The notes: a model not told the origin generated them from the letters alone. Positions 28,268-38,149 are shown, numbered from the stretch's first letter. The stretch is DNA of 49,054 nt from Bacteroidota bacterium (GCA_041170785.1 JBEDND010000023.1:1-49054); one strand, 5' to 3'. Numbers and translations are program-made.

Positions 28268-28747
28268 ATGCGTTTCCTTACCTGCTCCCTGCTGTGCTTT
28301 TACGTCCTTTCGCTCGGGGCACAAGACACCACAACAACTCGTTTCTTGTGTTTTGAAACCCGACTGTACAATATGGACACTTTGAAAGAAGGTGATATTT
28401 CGGAGGCTGTTTTTCATTTTGAAGTATGCGACTCCAACCCCGTACTCATACATCAGGTATGGCCGGGTTGCGGTTGTACGGTTGCCGATTATCCCAAAGA
28501 CACCCTGTTTCCAGGGAAATCATATACCCTAAGCCTGCGCTATTTCAGCGAAGGGAGACCAGGGGTTTTTCTGCGCACGGCGCACGTATTGTTCCACAGC
28601 ATCAACCCATTAGATGACAATCCCAACGCGGAAGCACAACTCAGTATTACAGGGTTCGTACAACCCAGAATAGAAACACCGGTAATTGTTCCGGAACAGG
28701 CCAAGGAAACGTTACCGCGCCGGCGTCAGCGGAAAAAATCCAGATAA
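28268..28747 (+). CDS. Divergent DUF1573 domain protein (paralog c) with basic C-terminal tail
   Basis: 159-aa ORF with a signal peptide. The core is retained but diverged: VWPGCGCTVADYPKDTLFPGKSYTL..GRPGVFLRTA. The tail is LPRRRQRKKSR. Its last 22 nt overlap the convergent downstream gene. Confidence 0.7.
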   Translation: MRFLTCSLLCFYVLSLGAQDTTTTRFLCFETRLYNMDTLKEGDISEAVFHFEVCDSNPVLIHQVWPGCGCTVADYPKDTLFPGKSYTLSLRYFSEGRPGVFLRTAHVLFHSINPLDDNPNAEAQLSITGFVQPRIETPVIVPEQAKETLPRRRQRKKSR

Positions 28748-29604
28748 CGCTCGCTGAACAAGCCTAAGCTTCCTCCGGTATGCAGAAAAACAATCTTCGC
28801 ACCCGGGGCAATGCTACCACGCTCCAGCAAACAGTGCAGGCCCAACCAGGCCTTTCCGGTGTACACCGGGTCAAATAAGATGTTGGTGCGCTGAATTTGC
28901 GCTTCGATGAACTTCATCAGCTGCACATCAACCCTGGCAAAGCCACCACATTCAAAACCAGTTTCTAATGTATAGTTCTGATACCCTTTAGCTTCAAGCG
29001 CAGCCTTTTGTTCCGCCACATTGAACAAAACCGGAATGCCAATAATGTGGGTGTGAAGGTTGCGTTCATCCCTTCCGGCAAGCAAGCCCTGCATGGTTGT
29101 TCCCGTTGCCGTTGCCAAAACCAACACATCGGGTTGAACAGGAAACTCATCCCATATTTCTGCACATCCGGCAGCTCCGGGATCGCCTGCGCCGCCAACT
29201 TCAATAAACATTACCTCTTTACCAGGACGTTTCATTTTCACCCAGTGCTGGCGGTCGGCAAACTCCTGATGATTCAGATACACAGTTTGCAAACCCCAAC
29301 GCGCAGCCAGTATACGGTAATGATTGTTGGGTTGCTGTCTGCCGCGAATCAGGGCAGTACAGCGCAAGCCCATCACTGCGCAGGCATAAGAAACAGCCAG
29401 AATATGATTGCTGAAAGGCCCGCCCGCAGTGATGATGTGCTGCACCCCGCGTGCCTGAGCCAGTTCCAGATAAAGCCGCAGTTTTCGCCACTTATTCCCC
29501 GAGATAAACGGATGAATCAAATCATCGCGTTTGATCCACACACGGCGGTCTGAGTGAAGCACGACTTCCTGCAAAACAGACCGATCCGTATGAGGCAGCA
29601 TCAT
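28726..29604 (-). CDS. PLP-dependent ACC deaminase / D-cysteine desulfhydrase family protein
   Basis: 292-aa ORF. IKRDDLIHPFISGNKWRKL contains the family PLP-lysine context (GNKxRKL). ITAGGPFSNH and HTGG motifs are present. Confidence 0.8.
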   Translation of the reverse strand: MMLPHTDRSVLQEVVLHSDRRVWIKRDDLIHPFISGNKWRKLRLYLELAQARGVQHIITAGGPFSNHILAVSYACAVMGLRCTALIRGRQQPNNHYRILAARWGLQTVYLNHQEFADRQHWVKMKRPGKEVMFIEVGGAGDPGAAGCAEIWDEFPVQPDVLVLATATGTTMQGLLAGRDERNLHTHIIGIPVLFNVAEQKAALEAKGYQNYTLETGFECGGFARVDVQLMKFIEAQIQRTNILFDPVYTGKAWLGLHCLLERGSIAPGAKIVFLHTGGSLGLFSERYLDFFR

Positions 29605-31472
29605 GGCTGCACACGAAGGATTTCGGCAATGCTTGCCGCAGAAACGGAATGATAACCGGGTTTTGCCCGTTTGAAGATGGAGCGGCCCAGTTCCAAACCT
29701 TCAGGCGTTGTGCTCAAGGCTTCATAAATTGGTTTGAGGAACTTCCGGCGGCCCACACGCGCCAGAAATGATTCCATGGGAACAAATGCCGGTCGATACC
29801 ATGCTTTAACCGACAGCGTAAACCAATCACACAAAACCTCTGCATTTCCGCTTTTGCTGAAGCCGATGGCCTGGTCCAGCGATTCAAGCTCCTGAGCGGA
29901 AACATCTTTGGGCATATTTCTCAAAAAGTGCTGGTATTGCTGCGTAACCCAACCCTTTGCCATGGAAGGATCTGCTTTTCTGGAAGCGGTGAACTTTGCG
30001 GCGGCCTCAGCTGCTATTTTCAGCTTCACGGATGAAGGTTTGGGCGCATCGTCAGGAAGACCCTGACCGTACAGCCAATCATTGAGGTTTGCCTTCACGG
30101 CCTCTTCTGCATTTGCGAACAGGTGGTCATTGAGGTATGTTTTGAATGCTTCTGTATTGATGGTTTTGAAGGAGAAGGATTGAAAGTATGCTTTCAGGAA
30201 CGCATCCCAGCGTGAGCGACCCACGAGCCGTTCCATATGCTTCAGAAACAAAAAACCTTTGATGTAGGCAATGTCGGTAAGTCCATCATCGGGATTACGT
30301 CCCTTTAGGTTTAAAGCAAGCTTGGTGTCGTCGGGAGCTTCACGCATCATCCGCTGCAGGGTGCGTTCCAACTCACCCACTTCCAATTCGGCGCACATTT
30401 CGGCAAAGTCTTTACCATAAACCGCCTCCACTATTCTGTTTTCGAAGTAAACGGTAAAGCCTTCATTAAGCCAGAAATCGTTCCAAGTGGCATTTGTGAC
30501 CAGGTTTCCACTCCAACTATGCGCCAACTCGTGTGCCACCAGGCTGGTTAGGGAACGGTCGCCGGCAATGATGGTAGGTGTTGCGAACGTAAGGCGTGGA
30601 TTTTCCATACCACCAAAGGGAAAACTCGGTGGAAGTACCAAAACATCGTAACGGCCCCAAGGATATGTTCCATACAGCGCAGAAGCTTTTTGAATCATCG
30701 CCGGCATATCGGCAAGCTCCCAGGCTACCGAATCCAAATATTTTGGTTCGGCATAAACGCCACTCAGGCTGTCAAGAGCCCTGAAGGAAAGATCACCAAC
30801 TGCCAGGGCCATGAGGTATGAGGACACGGGCTGTGGCATGTGAAAATGATAAACGCCGCTGTCGTTGCGCTGCTGCGGATTCTCGGCACTCATCAGCGCC
30901 ATCAGTTCTTTGGGACAAGAAATGCGTGCGCTGTATGTAAACCGTACATCGGGGCGATCCATCAATGGAATCCAGGTGCGCGCAAGAATGGCCTGTGATT
31001 GGGTAAATAGAAACGGATGACGACGGTCATGTGTTTGCGCGGGGGTAAGCCATTGCAGTGCCTCGGCCGCGGAATCGGTATGGTATTGAACCGTCACGGC
31101 GCGCGTATCAGGCTTCAAAGAAATAAGGAGCGGGGTGCCAAACAGCGAATCCGGGGCACCAAGCTGGTACTCAGTCTTTACACCATGATCCAGCCATACT
31201 GCGTCAATAAACAACCCTTTGGTGTCAAACACCACCACACTGTCTTTGCCGGTTCTTTCCAACTGATGCGTAGCTGTTCCACTCAGTTTCTTATTTCCAA
31301 AATCCACCTTCAGGTCCAAGTATACATGCGTTGTTTGCATTTGATGCGCATTCCCGAAAGAGTGGTCTGTTTGCAACGAAACCACCGGCAAATTCGGTTT
31401 TAAAGGTTTGGAAGCGCAGGAGTGCAGGATCAAACCCGCGAAAAACACCACGGTGTATGGGAATCTAGACAT
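29601..31472 (-). CDS. M1-family aminopeptidase (leukotriene A4 hydrolase / cold-active aminopeptidase-like) lipoprotein
   Basis: 623-aa ORF: GGMENP exopeptidase motif, zinc motif HELAHSWSGN plus WLNEGFTVY (HExxH-x18-E), Leuk-A4-hydrolase-type helical C-terminal domain, lipobox LHSC. Its stop overlaps the next gene's start (ATGA). Confidence 0.88.
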   Translation of the reverse strand: MSRFPYTVVFFAGLILHSCASKPLKPNLPVVSLQTDHSFGNAHQMQTTHVYLDLKVDFGNKKLSGTATHQLERTGKDSVVVFDTKGLFIDAVWLDHGVKTEYQLGAPDSLFGTPLLISLKPDTRAVTVQYHTDSAAEALQWLTPAQTHDRRHPFLFTQSQAILARTWIPLMDRPDVRFTYSARISCPKELMALMSAENPQQRNDSGVYHFHMPQPVSSYLMALAVGDLSFRALDSLSGVYAEPKYLDSVAWELADMPAMIQKASALYGTYPWGRYDVLVLPPSFPFGGMENPRLTFATPTIIAGDRSLTSLVAHELAHSWSGNLVTNATWNDFWLNEGFTVYFENRIVEAVYGKDFAEMCAELEVGELERTLQRMMREAPDDTKLALNLKGRNPDDGLTDIAYIKGFLFLKHMERLVGRSRWDAFLKAYFQSFSFKTINTEAFKTYLNDHLFANAEEAVKANLNDWLYGQGLPDDAPKPSSVKLKIAAEAAAKFTASRKADPSMAKGWVTQQYQHFLRNMPKDVSAQELESLDQAIGFSKSGNAEVLCDWFTLSVKAWYRPAFVPMESFLARVGRRKFLKPIYEALSTTPEGLELGRSIFKRAKPGYHSVSAASIAEILRVQP

Positions 31473-31589
31473 GTGCAGCGCAAATTACGCAAGTATGTTC
31501 ATTAGATGTAATCTGCATATATCTTCGCGGATTCGAATACCAAACTAAAATTGGCAACGTTTTTGAAACGAGCACATTTGCGACTTAAA

Positions 31590-32303
31590 ATGAACATTGG
31601 CATGAGGCAAATCTTTATGATCTCCTTTACATGCATCCTTGGGATGAATTCCTTATGTGCACAGGATGATGGAGGCGAATACGCTGACTTTTACAGTGAC
31701 ACAACTGCCGTTGATTCTATGGACTACGGTTATGACGATGGCAGTGGCACTCCTGATGTTGCCGGACCTATGCGTTTTGAAAAACACGAACGTTTTCAGG
31801 CGCCTTATGACAGTTTGAGGGAACTCATCTATTACAGTGGCGTGGTAGAAGACCCGGACTGTAACGAATGTTCCGCAGACAGCCTGTACATCCGCGCATT
31901 AAGATATTTCAAGTCCAGATTTGGAGAAAAGGCGCTCAAGGAAATGACCCAAGAAGCCAAACCGGCCAACAAACTCACTTTACTCGTGAAAGTACCTCTG
32001 GTGACCAAACCACAAGTCAATGTGGTCATCAAAGAAGGTTTTGTAGAATACAAATTGATTCTAAGATTTCAAGACAACAGATACAAATACGAGTTCAGCA
32101 ACTTTGTGCATGTCAGGGATGTTCAGGGTGCAACCGGAGGTGTTTCGCGCACATACGCAGAATATTACCGACAAGCCAAGACCTACACACGTGCCAATGA
32201 TTTGTACCTGATGGGTATGGATACCGAAGTGAAACAAACCATTGCCCAATGCACGAAAGCATTGAAGGAAAAATGGAAGCCAGATGATGAAGATGATTGG
32301 TAA
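31590..32303 (+). CDS. Secreted DUF4468-like (TBP-like fold) protein, function unknown
   Basis: The track ORF starts at TTG 31551. ATG 31590 or 31602 gives a clean signal peptide (MRQIFMISFTCILGMNSLCAQ). Segments YYSGVVE..SADSLYIRALRYF and LRFQDNRYKYEFSNFVH resemble DUF4468. The C-terminus is acidic. Confidence 0.5.
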   Translation: MNIGMRQIFMISFTCILGMNSLCAQDDGGEYADFYSDTTAVDSMDYGYDDGSGTPDVAGPMRFEKHERFQAPYDSLRELIYYSGVVEDPDCNECSADSLYIRALRYFKSRFGEKALKEMTQEAKPANKLTLLVKVPLVTKPQVNVVIKEGFVEYKLILRFQDNRYKYEFSNFVHVRDVQGATGGVSRTYAEYYRQAKTYTRANDLYLMGMDTEVKQTIAQCTKALKEKWKPDDEDDW

Positions 32304-32438
32304 TCAACCACTTAGCTAAATCCAGGCGCGAGAAGATAACTAAAAAAACTTCAGTGATCTGTGGCTTTTTTCATGCAAAACAACAACGGAAATCGCCCTG
32401 ACTCACGTGGTTTGCGCAAAAAATCTTCGACACTGCTA

Positions 32439-32469
32439 TTTGGTAAGCAAAACAAAATGTCTATTTTTG
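32439..32469 (+). promoter_or_regulatory. Candidate Bacteroidota sigma-A promoter of the rplM-rpsI-rpsB-tsf cluster
   Basis: TTTG (32439-32442), then a 19-nt spacer, then TATTTTTG (32462-32469). This matches the TTTG-N19-21-TAnnTTTG consensus and lies about 30 nt upstream of the GTG start of rplM. Confidence 0.5.
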
Positions 32470-32500
32470 CCGTCCCAAATTTTTACACAACTTATATACC

Positions 32501-32950
32501 GTGAACACGCTGAGTTATAAAAGCAGGATGCTCAACAGCGAAACCCGCGACAAGAAATGGTATGTCGTAGACGCTGAAGGTCAAGTACTTGGACGGCTGT
32601 CATCGCGCATTGCGCTGATCATCCGCGGCAAGCACAAACCAGGATATACCCCGCATACGGATTGTGGCGACAATGTGATTGTGCTGAATGCCGACAAAGT
32701 GGTCATGACTGCAAACAAAATCGCGAACAGAACTTACCTGCGCCACACCGGTTTTCCGGGTGGACAGCGTTCCCGTACCGCTCAGGAAATCCTGAACCGC
32801 CATCCGGAACGACTCATTGAGCATGCGGTAAGAGGCATGTTGCCCAAAAATCGTTTGGGACGCAGGCTGTTCACCAACCTGTACGTGTACACCGGAACGG
32901 AGCATCCTCACGTTGCCCAGCAACCCAAAGAACTGAAATTAGACCTCTGA
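32501..32950 (+). CDS. rplM: 50S ribosomal protein L13
   Basis: 149-aa ORF with a GTG start. [42 protein letters not shown] and YTG..HPH motifs. Confidence 0.93.
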   Translation: MNTLSYKSRMLNSETRDKKWYVVDAEGQVLGRLSSRIALIIRGKHKPGYTPHTDCGDNVIVLNADKVVMTANKIANRTYLRHTGFPGGQRSRTAQEILNRHPERLIEHAVRGMLPKNRLGRRLFTNLYVYTGTEHPHVAQQPKELKLDL

Positions 32951-32961
32951 AATAAAGGATT

Positions 32962-33342
32962 ATGATCAATACATCCGGAAGGCGCAAAGCAGCAGTAGCC
33001 CGTGCATACGTGCAAGACGGCAGCGGCGAAATCCTCATCAACGGTCGCCCCATGGGCGAATATTTTCCCGTTTTAACCATGCAGGCGAAGGTGAAACAAC
33101 CTATTCAGATTGCAGGTCAAGAAGATAAAGTAAACATCAAAGTGAACGTGCGCGGCGGCGGTGTTTCCGGACAAGCCGGTGCGGTGTCTCTTGCCATAGC
33201 AAAAGCTTTGGTGCAGAGCAACGAAGAAATTCGCAGTTCACTTCGCCAACACGGTTTACTTACCCGAGATTCAAGAGAGGTTGAACGTAAGAAACCCGGT
33301 CAGAAGAAAGCAAGGAAAAGATTCCAATTCAGCAAGCGCTAA
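32962..33342 (+). CDS. rpsI: 30S ribosomal protein S9
   Basis: 126-aa ORF: [35 protein letters not shown]-terminal [12 protein letters not shown]. Confidence 0.93.
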   Translation: MINTSGRRKAAVARAYVQDGSGEILINGRPMGEYFPVLTMQAKVKQPIQIAGQEDKVNIKVNVRGGGVSGQAGAVSLAIAKALVQSNEEIRSSLRQHGLLTRDSREVERKKPGQKKARKRFQFSKR

Positions 33343-33350
33343 ACCACAAT

Positions 33351-34082
33351 ATGGCTATTACCCAACAAGATCTTCTGGATGCTGGTGTGCACTTTGGCCA
33401 CCTCACCCGCAAATGGAATCCCAAAATGGCTCCATACATCTTCATGGAGCAAAACGGGATTCATATTCTCGACCTGAAGAAAACAGAAGCAAAACTCGAA
33501 GAAGCACGTGGTGCCATTCGCAACATCGTGAAATCCGGTCGCAAAGTGCTCTTCGTTGCTACCAAAAAGCAGGCTAAAGAAATCATCAGCGAAGTTGCTC
33601 AAGGTGCTACCATGCCTTTTGTAACCGAGCGTTGGCTGGGCGGCATGCTTACAAACTTTGCCACCGTGCGCAAAAGCATCAAGCGCATGCAGAACATCAA
33701 CAAAATGATGACTGATGGCACGTTTGAAAACATCAACAAGAAAGAACGACTGATGCTTACCCGCGAAAAGGCAAAACTTGAGCGGATGCTTGGCGGCATT
33801 GAAGAAATGTCTAAACTGCCCGGCGCATTGTTCATCGTTGACATCAAAAGAGAACACATTGCCGTCTCAGAAGCAAGAAGACTTGGTATTCCAACTTTCG
33901 CCATAGTTGATTCAAACAGCGATCCAACAACCGTTGATTTCCCGATTCCGGCCAATGACGATGCAAGCAAAAGTATTTACATCATTGCCCGTGAAATCGC
34001 TGATGCCATCAACGAAGGCCAACAGGACCGACGCAGAGAAAAAGACGAAGTGGCCGCTGAACAACCAGCCGCACAAGCTTAA
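33351..34082 (+). CDS. rpsB: 30S ribosomal protein S2
   Basis: 243-aa ORF: [61 protein letters not shown]. Confidence 0.93.
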   Translation: MAITQQDLLDAGVHFGHLTRKWNPKMAPYIFMEQNGIHILDLKKTEAKLEEARGAIRNIVKSGRKVLFVATKKQAKEIISEVAQGATMPFVTERWLGGMLTNFATVRKSIKRMQNINKMMTDGTFENINKKERLMLTREKAKLERMLGGIEEMSKLPGALFIVDIKREHIAVSEARRLGIPTFAIVDSNSDPTTVDFPIPANDDASKSIYIIAREIADAINEGQQDRRREKDEVAAEQPAAQA

Positions 34083-34106
34083 TCAAGCATTACAGAGCAC
34101 AATAAA

Positions 34107-34943
34107 ATGACCACTTCAATTAACGCAGCAGATGTAAACAAACTGCGCCAAATGACCGGCGCAGGGATGATGGATTGTAAAAAAGCCCTTGCAGAAAGCA
34201 ACGGTGATTTTGAAGCAGCCATCGACTTCCTTCGCAAAAAAGGCCAGAAAATCAGTGCCAATCGCGCGGACAGAAAAGCTTCTGAAGGTGCTGTAATTGC
34301 CTTAACCAATGAATCCAGAACCACTGGCGTTGTCATTGAACTGAACTGCGAAACTGATTTCGTTGCCAAAAACGAAGATTTCGTTAAAACAGCACGCAGC
34401 ATCGCAGCATCCGTTCTTGAACAGGAACCTGCCGACCTCGAAGCAGTTCAACAGATGAGCATCAACGGCATTCCACTGGCACAGCGTCTTCTGGATGAGA
34501 TGGCTAAAATTGGCGAGAAACTGGAAGTAAGCAAATACAGCATTCTGAAAGGAAATAATGTTGTAGCATACATCCATGCCGGAAATCGTTTGGGCGTTCT
34601 GGTTCAAATGAACAATGCACCCAGCGATGCAAACCTCCAGGCCGGACGCGACGTTGCCATGCAAATCGCCGCAATGAATCCTGTAGCCGTAGATAAAGAC
34701 GGTGTGGACACCAACATCATCGAAAGGGAAATGGCAATTGGAAGAGAACAGGCCCGTGCTGAAGGTAAACCGGAAGCCATGATTGACAAAATTGCTGAAG
34801 GTAAGTTGCAAAAATTCTTCAAAGAATCAACGCTTTTGCAACAGGAATTTGTGAAGGACCCCTCCAAAACAGTTGCAAAAATGCTCGAAGCGGTGGAACC
34901 TAACCTCACCGTTACGCATTTCGTCCGGGTAGCACTCGGATAA
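34107..34943 (+). CDS. tsf: Translation elongation factor Ts
   Basis: 278-aa ORF. The UBA-like N-terminus VNKLRQMTGAGMMDCKKALAESNGDFEAAIDFLRKKG, then EVNCETDFVAKNEDF-type segment, and the dimerisation/core region. Confidence 0.93.
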   Translation: MTTSINAADVNKLRQMTGAGMMDCKKALAESNGDFEAAIDFLRKKGQKISANRADRKASEGAVIALTNESRTTGVVIELNCETDFVAKNEDFVKTARSIAASVLEQEPADLEAVQQMSINGIPLAQRLLDEMAKIGEKLEVSKYSILKGNNVVAYIHAGNRLGVLVQMNNAPSDANLQAGRDVAMQIAAMNPVAVDKDGVDTNIIEREMAIGREQARAEGKPEAMIDKIAEGKLQKFFKESTLLQQEFVKDPSKTVAKMLEAVEPNLTVTHFVRVALG

Positions 34944-34960
34944 GCTGATTTGATTTTTTT

Positions 34961-34988
34961 AAAGTCCCTCACCGAGGGACTTTTTTTT
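34961..34988 (+). terminator. Intrinsic terminator after tsf
   Basis: 10-bp hairpin AAAGTCCCTC-ACC-GAGGGACTTT running into a T8 tract. A T7 run also precedes it. Confidence 0.8.
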
Positions 34989-34999
34989 AAGGTAAGAAG

Positions 35000-35707
35000 A
35001 TGAAATACAAACGCATATTACTCAAGCTTAGTGGAGAGTCGCTGATGGGAAATCAATCCTTTGGGATCAGCGCAGAGGTGTTGGAACAGTACGCAGCCGA
35101 AGTAAAGGCCGCAGCGGAACTTGGTGTGGAAGTTGCCGTAGTGATTGGCGGCGGAAACATCTTCCGCGGAGTAAATGGATCCAAAGGAGGTGTTGTTGAC
35201 CGCGCCACCGGTGATTATATGGGCATGCTCGCAACGGTAATCAATGCCATGGCTATTCAAGGTGCGTTTGAAAAATCCGGGCTTGTTACGCGTTTGCAAA
35301 CAGCCATAAAAATGGAACAGCTTGCGGAGCCCTTCATCAGGCGACGTGCGATGCGCCATCTGGAAAAAGGTCGCGTGGTGATTTTTGGCGCCGGCACCGG
35401 TAACCCCTACTTCACCACAGATACCGCTGCTTCGCTGCGCGCTATTGAAATAGAAGCAGATGTAATACTCAAAGGAACCAGGGTGGATGGAATCTATTCT
35501 GCCGACCCTGAAAAAGACCCAAGCGCCACCCGATTCGAAACCATCAGCTTCGCGCAGGTTTATGAACTCGGTCTGGAAGTGATGGATATGACCGCCATTA
35601 CGCTCTGCCAGGAGAATAAACTTCCCATCATCGTGTTTGACATGAACAAGCCCGGAAACCTCTCCAAACTGCTTCAGGGTGAATCTGTCGGCACCCTCGT
35701 GTCCTGA
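35000..35707 (+). CDS. pyrH: UMP kinase
   Basis: 235-aa ORF: [67 protein letters not shown].. Confidence 0.93.
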   Translation: MKYKRILLKLSGESLMGNQSFGISAEVLEQYAAEVKAAAELGVEVAVVIGGGNIFRGVNGSKGGVVDRATGDYMGMLATVINAMAIQGAFEKSGLVTRLQTAIKMEQLAEPFIRRRAMRHLEKGRVVIFGAGTGNPYFTTDTAASLRAIEIEADVILKGTRVDGIYSADPEKDPSATRFETISFAQVYELGLEVMDMTAITLCQENKLPIIVFDMNKPGNLSKLLQGESVGTLVS

Positions 35708-35708
35708 A

Positions 35709-36329
35709 CTAAAAAAGCTGTTTCCAGGCGATTTGGAGCGCTGCAATGATGAATACGGCTCCTACGACTAAGTCTAGCTGATGCAACCGCTTAGGAGTGG
35801 CCCAACGCCGGAGTTGCTGTGCTGCAATGGATATTCCCGATTCTGTGAGGAAAATAGCCACAAGGCCGGCCACTGAAAACTGTATTTTCTGATTCATCGG
35901 CAATCCAACTGTTAAGGGGTTGTTTAAAGCCACTATCCAAATAATCAGATTTCCAGGATTCACCAGGTTCAGAAGAAACCCCCGCATGACCCTGTTCAAA
36001 TATGTATACTCGGCATTTGCGGACTCCGCCGGAGCTATGGATGGTTTCCGACTTATTTGAACAACGCCAAGGACCACAAAGGCCAGGCAGCCTACCCAGG
36101 CAAGCATTTCCTGGTGTGTAGTGTAGAATTCGGCAACGGCATCGCTGAAACCCAGTGCCAGAATCAGAAACAGCACATCGCAGACGATTACGCCTGCAGC
36201 CATGGCCATTCCATAACGAAAACCTTGTTTAATGCTGGTTTGCAGCAGCGAAAAGAACACCGTTCCCAACATCAGGCTCATGGTGAACCCGGCTGCCAAT
36301 CCCCAAAGTATTGGCTGCAAGGTACTCAT
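35709..36329 (-). CDS. LysE/RhtB-family amino-acid exporter
   Basis: 206-aa ORF with about six predicted TM helices. The N-terminal pattern G...G.....GTVFF.LLQTSIKQG and a mid-protein NP.. motif (LNLVNPGNLI) are typical of the LysE superfamily. Confidence 0.7.
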   Translation of the reverse strand: MSTLQPILWGLAAGFTMSLMLGTVFFSLLQTSIKQGFRYGMAMAAGVIVCDVLFLILALGFSDAVAEFYTTHQEMLAWVGCLAFVVLGVVQISRKPSIAPAESANAEYTYLNRVMRGFLLNLVNPGNLIIWIVALNNPLTVGLPMNQKIQFSVAGLVAIFLTESGISIAAQQLRRWATPKRLHQLDLVVGAVFIIAALQIAWKQLF

Positions 36330-36333
36330 GGCA

Positions 36334-36729
36334 TTAAATGGGTTCGAGTTTGTACTCCCAGTTGGAGTTTTTGTCGCGGTATTTCAGCATTTTTTCCTTT
36401 AGCATAATTATTTCAAAACTCATTCTGCCAAAAGAATCATACGTGACATCTAAATCTGTTCCTCCATTATTCAACTGCCAGTTGCCGAAATACTTCTTGT
36501 CACCGATCTGATAAATCGCCGTACCCCTGTCTGTGTATTCCACCACATGATCATTGAAAATGCGTGTGGTATCTTTCGCATTGACGGTTACTCCGGTAAA
36601 CTGCCATTTGTTGGATATCCGCTCTTTCCGAGGCCACAACGAAACCAATGGGCCTTCATCGTACTTCTTACAAGAAGCAGCCGACGCAACAACAATTGCC
36701 AAGGCCGCTACAAAAATGGTTGCACGCAT
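36334..36729 (-). CDS. Small lipocalin-like lipoprotein (hypothetical)
   Basis: 131-aa ORF. Lipoprotein signal with lipobox (VASAASC), beta-rich, W-containing sequence. It lies 4 nt upstream of the LysE gene and 34 nt downstream of the AIM24-like gene. Confidence 0.55.
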   Translation of the reverse strand: MRATIFVAALAIVVASAASCKKYDEGPLVSLWPRKERISNKWQFTGVTVNAKDTTRIFNDHVVEYTDRGTAIYQIGDKKYFGNWQLNNGGTDLDVTYDSFGRMSFEIIMLKEKMLKYRDKNSNWEYKLEPI

Positions 36730-36763
36730 GGTTCAAAGATAATTGAGGTTGGGGTGATTTTGA

Positions 36764-37552
36764 TTAACGATCGCCATCCAACAAATTACCGAGTCCGCCA
36801 AGGATGCTGCCTTCCTCTTTGCGTTTGTATGTTCCATATTCAAGAATGCGCGCTGCCAGCCTGCTCACCGGAAGTGTTTGCAACCACACCTTCCCTGGTC
36901 CACGGAGTGTGGCAAAGAACAACCCTTCACCACCGAAAATGGTGTTTTTAATGCCGCCAACAAACTGAATATCATAATTCACTTCCTGGGTATAGGCTAC
37001 GATACAACCTGTATCTACCTTCAACACTTCGCCAGGCGCCAGCTGTTTTTCCATGATGTAGCCACCGGCATGTACAAAGGCCATCCCGTCGCCCTCCAAC
37101 TTCTGCATGATGAACCCTTCACCACCAAACAATCCGGTTCCCAACTTGCGCTGGAATTCAATCCCTACACTTACGCCTTTCGCAGCGCAGAGGAAGGCAT
37201 CTTTCTGACATATTACTTTTCCGCCCATTTGCGCCAAATCAAGGGGAATGATTTTACCCGCATACGGTGCTGCGAAACTTACCCTTTTCTTACCTGCACT
37301 TATGTTGGTAAAGGCTGTCATAAATAAACTTTCCCCAGTAAGCAGGCGCTTTCCAGCACCAACAAGCTTGTTAAAAAAGCCACCCTGCTGCCGGCTTCCA
37401 TCGCCAAAGATGGTTTCCATTTGCATGCCGTCTTCCATCATCATGAAAGAGCCACTTTCTGCAACAACCGTTTCCTGTGGATCAAGCTCTATCTCCACAC
37501 ACTGCATTTCTTCGCCGTAAAGACGGTAGTCTATTTCGTGATTACTGATCAT
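36764..37552 (-). CDS. TIGR00266 / AIM24-family protein
   Basis: 262-aa [51 protein letters not shown] is a close match to the conserved N-terminus of TIGR00266 proteins. The C-terminal tail is Gly-rich. Confidence 0.8.
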   Translation of the reverse strand: MISNHEIDYRLYGEEMQCVEIELDPQETVVAESGSFMMMEDGMQMETIFGDGSRQQGGFFNKLVGAGKRLLTGESLFMTAFTNISAGKKRVSFAAPYAGKIIPLDLAQMGGKVICQKDAFLCAAKGVSVGIEFQRKLGTGLFGGEGFIMQKLEGDGMAFVHAGGYIMEKQLAPGEVLKVDTGCIVAYTQEVNYDIQFVGGIKNTIFGGEGLFFATLRGPGKVWLQTLPVSRLAARILEYGTYKRKEEGSILGGLGNLLDGDR

Positions 37553-37701
37553 TGTGGTTCAAATGTACAACGGGCCTCAAGAATAGACCTTTACCTGAAC
37601 ATCAAAAAGCAAACCCAATCGACAAACTATTGCGCGCCCTTGTTGGGTGTTTAGCTTTTTTGGCAGAAATCGTCTATTATCGTGGTACAAAATCAAGCAA
37701 C

Positions 37702-38133
37702 ATGAAAAAAATTGCACTCATCGCCCTTGGCACTCTTTTTCTGACATCATGCTCCAAGGAAAAAGCGCTGGAAAGTCGCCTTGACAACCAAACCTGGAAC
37801 ATCGCCAAATACGAATTTCAACTGAGCAATAACGGCGTTGTTGACCCCGGTCAATCCGTTTCTGTTGAAAACGTAGGCACTGTTGACTTGAAAAAAGATG
37901 GAACCGGATCCTTTAAAGTTTCGGCCGGCGGCAATTCAGAAAGCTATACCATTGACAGCTGGAGCATTCCCGAAGAAGCCAAAGTGGACATGAATGTGAC
38001 CGATGATGCCACCAAAGGTAAAGCTACCTGGAACTTCACGGTAACCACCAACGAACGGAAAAAACAAGTGTGGACCCGTGAAGTAAAACAGGGTAATTTC
38101 CTGTTTACATTCACTTATACCCTTACCCGCTAA
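37702..38133 (+). CDS. Small lipoprotein (hypothetical, lipocalin-like)
   Basis: The internal ATG at 37702 gives MKKIALIALGTLFLTSCSKEK (lipobox LTSC). The track ORF from 37552 adds 50 non-signal residues and would start flush against the start of the divergent gene. The sequence is beta-rich. Confidence 0.6.
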   Translation: MKKIALIALGTLFLTSCSKEKALESRLDNQTWNIAKYEFQLSNNGVVDPGQSVSVENVGTVDLKKDGTGSFKVSAGGNSESYTIDSWSIPEEAKVDMNVTDDATKGKATWNFTVTTNERKKQVWTREVKQGNFLFTFTYTLTR

Positions 38134-38149
38134 TTCAACAAAAAACACG

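Noticed and set aside
35018-35746. 242-aa minus-strand ORF fully antisense to pyrH
   Set aside because: The pyrH reading frame is unambiguous, with multiple conserved UMP-kinase motifs. The antisense product is low-complexity (G/F/H-rich) and is a shadow ORF.
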